Origin: a virus
Lineage: Duplodnaviria; Caudoviricetes
Direction: 5' to 3' (one strand)
IMG/VR virus record: IMGVR_UViG_3300007735_000917
Coordinates: 1-64,000 of that record
Length of the DNA: 64,000 bases
In this document: positions 32,435 to 38,480 of the stretch, piece after piece
Position numbering within the stretch: position 1 is the stretch's first letter
Layout: each line of letters begins with the position of its first letter
Program-made: the position numbers and the translations under genes
The notes under the pieces: generated by a model
The model's input: only the letters and a program-made list of their open reading frames with translations
Told to the model about the DNA's origin: nothing
Databases searched by the model: none

Positions 32435-32722
32435 AAATAGGAAGGACTAATGATTACCTCCAAGTTTCACAATATGCACCGTTATTCATCCACAATCCAT
32501 AAAGTTAATTACTCTCTATGTTAACAATTGATGGGATTGGTTTCCCACAACGACCTACGATATATCATTTATTTTAGCTACGATGTCGTTACGCTTGGAT
32601 TATAGGTTGTACGACCCACATTCCGCCATAGACTTACACTACATATTGCTACTCCAACCAATAATGATTCTTCACCACTATTGTGCGTTACCCCTATACA
32701 AAGGTTGTTCCGCCACTATCTT
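32435..32722 (-). ncRNA. ~290-nt pseudoknotted ncRNA, possibly GOLLD-related
   Basis: Terminal helix, long-range helices with G-U pairs, loop pseudoknot, own boxA-like motif, lies between tRNAs. Confidence 0.7.
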
Positions 32723-32747
32723 AAATTGTTAAAGAACTATCAAAAAA

Positions 32748-33025
32748 TGGTAGGGATGAGTGGATTCGAACCACCGCTTTACAGATTTTCGTACTACTAT
32801 AACTTTCGTTACTCATTTCTGATTTGTAGTCTGGACTTTCTCTTCATCATAACATTTCTGTTTTAGATGTTCGCCGTTAAGTCTCTACACCTTCTCATTT
32901 CTGAACTTGGCTCGGGATTGGCAGTTAAGCTTTCCCCGAATTTGACGAATTCTACTTTGAAGATTTCTCTTCAAGCACTCAATTTACGCTAAAGTCTGTT
33001 GCCTCTTCCGCTGGGCTACATCCCC
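32748..33025 (-). tRNA. tRNA-Leu(UAA), intron-split (exons 33025-32992 and 32789-32748), short variable arm
   Basis: Spliced 76 nt: GGGGATG..ACAGA CTT^AAAA TCTGT..GGTGG TTCGAAT CCACT CATCCCT ACCA. Confidence 0.92.
32790..32991 (-). ncRNA. Group I intron (trnL-UAA type), 202 nt, no ORF
   Basis: P AAATTCGGGGAA, Q AATCCCGAGC, R GTGTAGAGACT, S AAGAGAAAGTCC; P1 ACUU/GAGU with U-G splice pair; terminal G. Confidence 0.92.
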
Positions 33026-33065
33026 ATTTAAATTTGTTTAAAGAACGTTTACTTACTACTTATTC

Positions 33066-33093
33066 ATCTTACCACATCATTCTCTGATGTCAA
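33066..33093 (-). promoter_or_regulatory. Sigma70-type promoter with extended -10
   Basis: TTGACA-N16-TAAGAT with TGG before the -10. Confidence 0.75.
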
Positions 33094-33109
33094 CTGCTTT
33101 TTCAAAATT

Positions 33110-33186
33110 TGGTAGCTAGGGTCAGATTCGAACTGACACTGTTTCGTTTTTGAGACGAATGCCTCCTGCCTTTGGGCTACCTAGCC
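33110..33186 (-). tRNA. tRNA-Leu(CAA), short variable arm
   Basis: GGCTAGG/CCTAGCT, TTCGT-CTCAAAA-ACGAA, 5-nt variable loop, TTCGAAT, ACCA. Confidence 0.9.
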
Positions 33187-33289
33187 ATTTAATCTTATAC
33201 AATAACTATACCACAAAATCAAAAAATTTAAGTGAAATTTAATTTCATTTTATACTTATAAGTGTAAAGAAATTACTAATCCTTACACT

Positions 33290-33748
33290 ATGAAATACGA
33301 TAAAAATAAAATGATTCAACTTCAATCCCAAGGAGAAACTTATGATAATATTGCAAAGAAAATGGGTTGTTCTAAATGGACGGTTGATTACCAACTCAAT
33401 CCAAAAAGAAAAAAATGTCAAACTAAATATGACAAACAAAAACAAAAAACAGATACTCTTTATTTTAAGAGAAAACGTTTTTTGTCAGTTGGAAACAAGG
33501 TTCCATTTACATTAAAAGAACTAAAAAATAAAATTGGAACTAATCCAAAATGTTATCTTACCGGAGAATCAATTGATTTGTCAAATCCAAGTGATTACAG
33601 CTTGGATCATATCATTCCTGTATCTAAAGGAGGTGAAAGTTCTCTAAAGAACTTAGGAATTATTAAATCTGATATAAATCAAGCAAAATATAATCTTACA
33701 CCAGAAGAATTTCTCTCATTATGTAAGCGAGTATTAAGACAAATTTAA
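33290..33748 (+). CDS. HNH endonuclease with N-terminal HTH
   Basis: TYDNIAKKMGCSKWTV HTH; CYLTG, SLDHIIPVSKGG, N, NQAK. Confidence 0.85.
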   Translation: MKYDKNKMIQLQSQGETYDNIAKKMGCSKWTVDYQLNPKRKKCQTKYDKQKQKTDTLYFKRKRFLSVGNKVPFTLKELKNKIGTNPKCYLTGESIDLSNPSDYSLDHIIPVSKGGESSLKNLGIIKSDINQAKYNLTPEEFLSLCKRVLRQI

Positions 33749-33751
33749 AAA

Positions 33752-33845
33752 TGGTGGTTCCGCCCGGATTCGAACCGAGACCGTGCTCAAATCTAGAGCT
33801 TATCAACGTTATAAGCGTTGCGTTCTACCGTTAAACTACGGAACC
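33752..33845 (-). tRNA. tRNA with UAU anticodon and long variable arm (94 nt)
   Basis: GGTTCCG/CGGAACC, CAACG-CTTATAA-CGTTG, 24-nt variable region with GCTC/GAGC stem, TTCGAAT, ACCA. Confidence 0.85.
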
Positions 33846-33851
33846 ACTAAA

Positions 33852-33928
33852 TGGTAGCGGGGGAGTGAATTGAACACTCTACCTTCCGGTTATGAGCCGG
33901 ACGATCTATTCCGTTGATCTACCCCGCA
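33852..33928 (-). tRNA. tRNA-Met(CAU), initiator-like
   Basis: U1:U72 mismatch, TCCGG-CTCATAA-CCGGA, TTCAATT, ACCA. Confidence 0.85.
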
Positions 33929-33961
33929 AATTTTTAAAAGAACATAAAATCTTATATACTA

Positions 33962-33989
33962 ACTATACTGCCAAATTTTCAAAAGTCAA
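33962..33989 (-). promoter_or_regulatory. Sigma70-type promoter
   Basis: TTGACT-N16-TATAGT, overlapping the 3' end of the endonuclease gene. Confidence 0.65.
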
Positions 33990-34730
33990 CTGAAATTTAT
34001 TTGTTTTTAACTTTTCAATTTCTTCTTTTTTTATAATTATTAGTTTATGTGGAAATTGTTCCCACTTAGCTTTGTCTCTATCTCTTTCATATCCTTTAAC
34101 TTCAATAAAGACATTATCATAATCTAACAATTTAAAGTCCGGAAAATATCTGTGGTAAGATTCATTCCAATAATATTGGAAATTTTCTTCAATTTTATTT
34201 GACCATCTTATATTATTTTTGTTTAAATAATCTATTACTAATAGTTCCCATTTACCAAGACAACTAGTTTCATTACCTAAACTATCTACAGTCTTAATTG
34301 TTTTAACTCTACCACAAACATTTTTACTAGAATAAGATTCTGGATTATCATTCACTGCTTTCTTCATTTTCAATGAATGTTCCAACCTTTTTTCTTTAGT
34401 CCAAACTTTCTTCTGTAATATTTTTTGTTTTTCAGAAATTTTATTTAACTGCTCTTTTGTTAATGGATTTAACTTCATTTTTAATTTCTGAGAACAAGAT
34501 TTATTGCAACAATTATTTTTTCTTTTTTTTAAAGAAATTTCTTTCTTACATAGAAGACATAAATTTGGTTTTTTTTCATATTCCATTCTTCTTTGGAATG
34601 CATCAAATACATTAAAACATTGTACTTTACAAAAAGTTTTATTACGAACTCTTTTTCTTTTATTATAAGGTATAACTTCCATACAAGATTTACATTTGTT
34701 TGGATTTAAATCATATTCTTCTTTAGTCAT
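33963..34730 (-). CDS. PD-(D/E)xK endonuclease with CxxC repeats (free-standing homing endonuclease-like)
   Basis: WE..V..YL, YFPDF, FIEVKG; N-terminal Zn-finger-like repeats. Confidence 0.8.
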   Translation of the reverse strand: MTKEEYDLNPNKCKSCMEVIPYNKRKRVRNKTFCKVQCFNVFDAFQRRMEYEKKPNLCLLCKKEISLKKRKNNCCNKSCSQKLKMKLNPLTKEQLNKISEKQKILQKKVWTKEKRLEHSLKMKKAVNDNPESYSSKNVCGRVKTIKTVDSLGNETSCLGKWELLVIDYLNKNNIRWSNKIEENFQYYWNESYHRYFPDFKLLDYDNVFIEVKGYERDRDKAKWEQFPHKLIIIKKEEIEKLKTNKFQLTFENLAV

Positions 34731-34800
34731 ATCTAATATATATTAGAGAGCCAGACTAAAGTCTTGTCTTTTGACATTTTTTATTTCAAAGAACAATAAA

Positions 34801-34872
34801 TGGTTGGAACGGTGGGTGCTGCCCCCACTTAAACTGGCTTATGAAACCTGTTTCTTTGCTGAAAGCGCTCCA
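34801..34872 (-). tRNA. Non-canonical tRNA-like gene, CAU anticodon, miniature D arm
   Basis: TGGAGCG/CGTTCCA acceptor, CTTT-CAGC-AAAG, TTCATAA loop, GTGGG-GGCAGCA-CCCAC, ACCA. Confidence 0.65.
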
Positions 34873-34879
34873 ATTGAAA

Positions 34880-34958
34880 TGGTAGCGGGTACAGGAGTCG
34901 AACCTGTTATCACTAACGTTATGAGCGTTGTATGGTAATTCCGTGCCACTCACCCGCA
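34880..34958 (-). tRNA. tRNA-Met(CAU) with 1:72 mismatch
   Basis: GCGGGT/ACCCGC, AACG-CTCATAA-CGTT, TTCGACT, ACCA. Confidence 0.82.
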
Positions 34959-34989
34959 AATTGTTTATAAAGAACTAAAAATTAAAAAT

Positions 34990-35152
34990 TATGTTGGGTG
35001 TGATTATTGAATACTTTGTCCACCCAACAAACAGAGTATACCATGCGCTAACCCCGCAACCAAGAAGTTTTTTAAGAGAACTTCCAACTCTAGGGGCGTA
35101 GTTTCCTATACCCTCCACCAAGTTGTTTTTATTAGATAAACAACCAAACATC
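34990..35152 (-). ncRNA. Unknown ~160-nt structured RNA
   Basis: Stems GGUUGUUU/AAACAACU, AGGGUAUA/UAUACUCU, GAAGUU/AACUUC, UGUUGGGUG/CACCCAACA. Confidence 0.55.
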
Positions 35153-35155
35153 AAA

Positions 35156-35231
35156 TGGTAGAGCCACAGAGAATCGAACTCTGATCTATTCCGTGAAAGG
35201 GAATTATCCTAAACCGTTAGACGATGACTCC
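35156..35231 (-). tRNA. tRNA-Glu(UUC)
   Basis: ATTCC-CTTTCAC-GGAAT, TTCGATT, ACCA. Confidence 0.92.
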
Positions 35232-35238
35232 GTTAAAA

Positions 35239-35315
35239 TGGTGGCCCCGGTGGGACTCGAACCCACGACCAAAAGCTTAAAAGGCTTCTGCTACTACCAA
35301 CTGAGCTACAAGGCC
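35239..35315 (-). tRNA. tRNA-Lys(UUU)
   Basis: GAAGC-CTTTTAA-GCTTT, TTCGAGT, ACCA. Confidence 0.92.
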
Positions 35316-35353
35316 ATTAAAATTGTTTTAAAGAACTTATTTACTACTTTTTT

Positions 35354-35381
35354 ATCTTACCACGATTTTTTGTTTTGTCAA
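35354..35381 (-). promoter_or_regulatory. Sigma70-type promoter with extended -10
   Basis: TTGACA-N16-TAAGAT. Confidence 0.75.
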
Positions 35382-35383
35382 CT

Positions 35384-35497
35384 AAGTATTTCATTCTTTC
35401 GTCGGTGACCCCCTTTGGTTAAAGGCCAAGGCAGTTCCACCATACAAAGATGTTCTAGAGGAGTGCTTCTCCCACCACGCTGAGAGAACGAATACTT
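35384..35497 (-). ncRNA. Unknown ~110-nt GC-rich structured RNA with its own promoter
   Basis: UUCGU/ACGAA, UCUC/GAGA, UCCUCU/AGGGGG, two 7-nt-loop hairpins, possible GGUGG/UCACC pseudoknot. Confidence 0.6.
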
Positions 35498-35508
35498 ACT
35501 ACTTCTTT

Positions 35509-35536
35509 ATCTTACCACTAAGTTTTCAAAGATCAA
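35509..35536 (-). promoter_or_regulatory. Sigma70-type promoter
   Basis: TTGATC-N16-TAAGAT with extended -10. Confidence 0.65.
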
Positions 35537-35604
35537 CTTCTTTTTTCAAGAAGTTTTGAGGTAAATTATAAATATAATCAAATATTTGTAAAATTAGCAA
35601 AAAA

Positions 35605-35681
35605 TGGTAGCCCCGGAGGGAATTGAACCCCCAACCATACGGGTAGAAACCGTGCGCTCTATCCAATTGAGCTACGAGGCC
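35605..35681 (-). tRNA. tRNA-Arg(UCU)
   Basis: GGCCTCG/CGGGGCT, ACGG-TTTCTAC-CCGT, TTCAATT, ACCA. Confidence 0.92.
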
Positions 35682-35698
35682 ATTAAAATTAAAAGAAC

Positions 35699-36031
35699 TT
35701 ACTTACTGTCGCCTAGTTCTTTACGAACAGCTTTACCAAGTTCAGTTAGCTGAAACAGTGGTTCGCCATCTTCGTTGTGACCAGATACATATAATAGACC
35801 ATCTGCTACCATCTTGTCAACTGTTTCTTTAACTTCAGCCAAAACGAGGTCATTATAAATGACTTCAGCTTCAGCTTCATCACATTCAAGTTCTTTCATA
35901 ATGACTTGAATACAGGCTTCTTTTTCTTCAGCTTTGACTTGTTCTTCTACTTTTGCTGTATCTAGCTTAGAACAATGATTTAGTAGATCGTCAATTGACC
36001 CGGTGAAATTATCGGTAATGTACTTGTCCAT
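35699..36031 (-). CDS. Hypothetical protein, winged-helix-like C-terminus
   Basis: VDKMVADGLL...FQLTELGK. Confidence 0.65.
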   Translation of the reverse strand: MDKYITDNFTGSIDDLLNHCSKLDTAKVEEQVKAEEKEACIQVIMKELECDEAEAEVIYNDLVLAEVKETVDKMVADGLLYVSGHNEDGEPLFQLTELGKAVRKELGDSK

Positions 36032-36048
36032 TTTTATAAATAGTTGAA

Positions 36049-36336
36049 TTAAATACCGTAGACGGGAACATTCTTGTAATAGCGAACGGATCGATCAATC
36101 ATCTTATTTAGAATCTTGGCTGTAGATACAGGTACATTTGTTTTTGGACCCCAACCATTTTCAGCTCGGCCTAGAGCAATGGTGAGTGCTTTACACTTAT
36201 CAAAACGATCACCTGCTTTTGTATTGGTGTGACTCCATCCAAATCGGATTGCGCCATCAATTACTGTGGCAACAACCATACCACGGGGCTGACCATTGCG
36301 GTCACGTACCAACTGCTTGAGTGTAGTGTCTTTCAT
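36049..36336 (-). CDS. Hypothetical phage protein
   Basis: 95 aa; GWS...DRFDK..A..IALGRA. Confidence 0.65.
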   Translation of the reverse strand: MKDTTLKQLVRDRNGQPRGMVVATVIDGAIRFGWSHTNTKAGDRFDKCKALTIALGRAENGWGPKTNVPVSTAKILNKMIDRSVRYYKNVPVYGI

Positions 36337-36360
36337 ATAACCTTTATTTAAATGTTTAGT

Positions 36361-36543
36361 TTACTTTCCCTCGACGTAACGTAGTAGATCACGATTTGGT
36401 TCCGTGCCAATCTTTTCATCTACTGTCTGCTTAATAGCAGCCTTATAATAATATTCTGCGTATAGATCTGTTAGATGCGACTTTCGTTCTGCGATTTTTG
36501 ATTTGAGATTGTTAATAAGTGTTTGAGTTGTCTTCGTCTTCAT
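36361..36543 (-). CDS. Hypothetical protein
   Basis: 60 aa, in operon. Confidence 0.55.
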   Translation of the reverse strand: MKTKTTQTLINNLKSKIAERKSHLTDLYAEYYYKAAIKQTVDEKIGTEPNRDLLRYVEGK

Positions 36544-36667
36544 ATTTTGAATTGTAACGTGATGGTTTTACCTCAGTGGCTTGCCACTTCTTGTTAACCT
36601 TTTTATTTGATTTGTTGCGCCAATTTCCTTCGTTGCGTGAACGACGATCTTTGAATGACTTTCCCAT
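36512..36667 (-). CDS. Small basic protein (not in ORF track)
   Basis: MGKSFKDRRSRNEG... 51 aa. Confidence 0.55.
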   Translation of the reverse strand: MGKSFKDRRSRNEGNWRNKSNKKVNKKWQATEVKPSRYNSKYEDEDNSNTY

Positions 36668-36744
36668 ATACTACTTTTAAAAATAAATAGTTTAAGAAAA
36701 GGGATTAACAATCTTTTTTTATTAATCCCAATTCTTAATACCGT

Positions 36745-37020
36745 TTAATTTGCAGAAGTCTGAGTAGATTCAACAGTGGTGGTTGTGGCACCAGTGGGAG
36801 TTGCGTCGTATGTATATACGATACTTGGCTTACCACGCTTACCAGTCTTCTGCGAACCACTGATCTTGTATCGTCCAGCGGTTACACTACGCTTAACGTG
36901 CATCCGAATTGTTGGAGCCTTAACGTTGGCGTTGATATTAATCAGATCAACAATAGTGAAATTGCGATCAGTGATTTCGTTTACTGCGGTTGCCTTACGG
37001 CCTGTCTTGTTCTTGTTCAT
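36745..37020 (-). CDS. Small putative DNA-binding (winged-helix-like) protein
   Basis: TGKRGKPSIVY wing-like motif; strong promoter upstream. Confidence 0.6.
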   Translation of the reverse strand: MNKNKTGRKATAVNEITDRNFTIVDLININANVKAPTIRMHVKRSVTAGRYKISGSQKTGKRGKPSIVYTYDATPTGATTTTVESTQTSAN

Positions 37021-37059
37021 ATTTTTTGTTTTTTGTTAATGTTAACCGACTACAAATTT

Positions 37060-37087
37060 ATCTTACCACGGTTTTAGAAAATGTCAA
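37060..37087 (-). promoter_or_regulatory. Sigma70-type promoter with extended -10
   Basis: TTGACA-N16-TAAGAT. Confidence 0.75.
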
Positions 37088-37097
37088 CGTTCTTTTT

Positions 37098-37307
37098 TTA
37101 AATCTTTCGAGCAGCCTCAAAAACCAGAGCATTGGTCAAATCGCCAAAGCCATAACGCTTGCCATTGCGGTCAAACGTAGTGTCAGTGCTTTTTTGGTAA
37201 TAACCAACGTTCTCACCATTGGGACCGTGTGCGTAAATTACGCTGCCACTATCCTTTACATATCCAATTCGTGCGCTCTTACTGTCCGTAACGTATTTTG
37301 TACTCAT
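37098..37307 (-). CDS. Small beta-repeat hypothetical protein
   Basis: 69 aa with D/N-G-x-x-V/Y-G repeats. Confidence 0.6.
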   Translation of the reverse strand: MSTKYVTDSKSARIGYVKDSGSVIYAHGPNGENVGYYQKSTDTTFDRNGKRYGFGDLTNALVFEAARKI

Positions 37308-37316
37308 ATTATTATT

Positions 37317-37859
37317 TTAGTTATTGTCAATATAGTTGCGATAAAAACCCATTACAATTCCACTAGTAGTACCCACATTAAGTGATCGTACACTGCCATA
37401 TGCTGGAACAGTAACAATATAGTCACTGTTATCAAGAATATAATCACTCAATCCAGCCTTTTCTTCGCCAAATACAAACATTGGCTTATCTACACCAGTA
37501 AATACCCAGTGGTTAAAAATAGATACTGTCTTGTCACTATACTTGGGAATGTTATTTTCCACAGCAATTAGTGTATAACCGTTATCATTTACATAATCAA
37601 CAAAGTCTTCTTCTGTCTTAATATGATTTAAATCTGTATAGTGATGAGTACCCACCGTACCACGACGGTCCCATTGCTTGCTTCCTCCTACATACATAGC
37701 TTCCTTGAAGCCAAAGAAGTTTGCATTGCGTACCAAAGTGGAGAGGTTAAAGTCTCCATTAACGTGCATCATAGCAACACCTGCTTCGATACAACTATTC
37801 TTACAGTAAGACTTAATATCGTCTACTGTCTTGCTCTTTAAATGATCCAAAACATTCAT
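37317..37859 (-). CDS. SpoU/TrmH (SPOUT) family RNA 2'-O-methyltransferase
   Basis: NLSTLVRNANFFG, FVFGEEKAGL, VPAYGSVRSLNVGT. Confidence 0.88.
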   Translation of the reverse strand: MNVLDHLKSKTVDDIKSYCKNSCIEAGVAMMHVNGDFNLSTLVRNANFFGFKEAMYVGGSKQWDRRGTVGTHHYTDLNHIKTEEDFVDYVNDNGYTLIAVENNIPKYSDKTVSIFNHWVFTGVDKPMFVFGEEKAGLSDYILDNSDYIVTVPAYGSVRSLNVGTTSGIVMGFYRNYIDNN

Positions 37860-37893
37860 AACAAAACTACTATACCACGCAGTTTATAATAAG

Positions 37894-38145
37894 TCAAATC
37901 TTTTTCTTAAATGTCTTCTTGATCTTATTTTCCAAATCTTTCTTTGGTTCCACTGGAGCAGCTGCTACATTTGGCTTGGAGTTAGCATATTCTTTTTCAG
38001 CTTCTTCAATTACGGCTTTAATAAACTCAGTGAGTAAACCGCTCCAATTGTTTCGTTCACTATCTTCTACAATCGCCAGCTTTTTCCAACGTGGCAATTC
38101 GTTGAATTTGCGTTGATATACTGTTTTATAGAATGATGCAGTCAT
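37894..38145 (-). CDS. Hypothetical protein
   Basis: 83 aa with late-type motif upstream. Confidence 0.6.
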   Translation of the reverse strand: MTASFYKTVYQRKFNELPRWKKLAIVEDSERNNWSGLLTEFIKAVIEEAEKEYANSKPNVAAAPVEPKKDLENKIKKTFKKKI

Positions 38146-38157
38146 ATAGTATAAATA

Positions 38158-38409
38158 TTAGAATGAAGTACTCAAACGGCTAGCATATGCCATATTGCTG
38201 GCTTTTCCCTTACGGTAAGATACTTTGGAATAATTGTCAAATGCTTTCTTTGAAGTGATCACAATACTACCCGCTGTTTTGTGTCCAAAGTGAAGATATC
38301 CAAACTTTTGACTGCGTTTAGCACTGTTTTCGCCACAAGACAAACAAATCTTGTAACCAAGTTCATAACGTTCAGGATGAATTTCGTTTCCACAACCACA
38401 TTTGATCAT
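38158..38409 (-). CDS. DksA/TraR-like C4 zinc-finger protein
   Basis: CGCGNEIHPERYELGYKICLSC. Confidence 0.6.
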   Translation of the reverse strand: MIKCGCGNEIHPERYELGYKICLSCGENSAKRSQKFGYLHFGHKTAGSIVITSKKAFDNYSKVSYRKGKASNMAYASRLSTSF

Positions 38410-38447
38410 ATATAAAAAGTATACACGATGATGTGGTTGTGGTCAAT

Positions 38448-38474
38448 AAAAAAAGCGTACCGAGTGGTACGCTT
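38448..38474 (-). terminator. Rho-independent terminator
   Basis: AAGCGTACC..GGTACGCTT followed by a T-run on the minus strand. Confidence 0.75.
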
Positions 38475-38480
38475 GCAATT

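Noticed and set aside
32435-32722. RNase P RNA or tmRNA identity
   Set aside because: Lacks the GAGGAAAGUCC P4 signature and a tRNA-like CCA end.
32681-32866. Plus-strand ORFs 32681-32866 and 35193-35408
   Set aside because: Antisense shadows of tRNA, intron and ncRNA genes.
33785-33800. Second anticodon (CUA/UAG) in the variable arm
   Set aside because: The stem register does not place it in a U33-type anticodon loop.
35091-35120. Plus-strand ...CCCTCCACCA as a tRNA/tmRNA 3' end
   Set aside because: No matching acceptor 5' strand or T loop on the plus strand; the G-U pairs favour the minus-strand fold.
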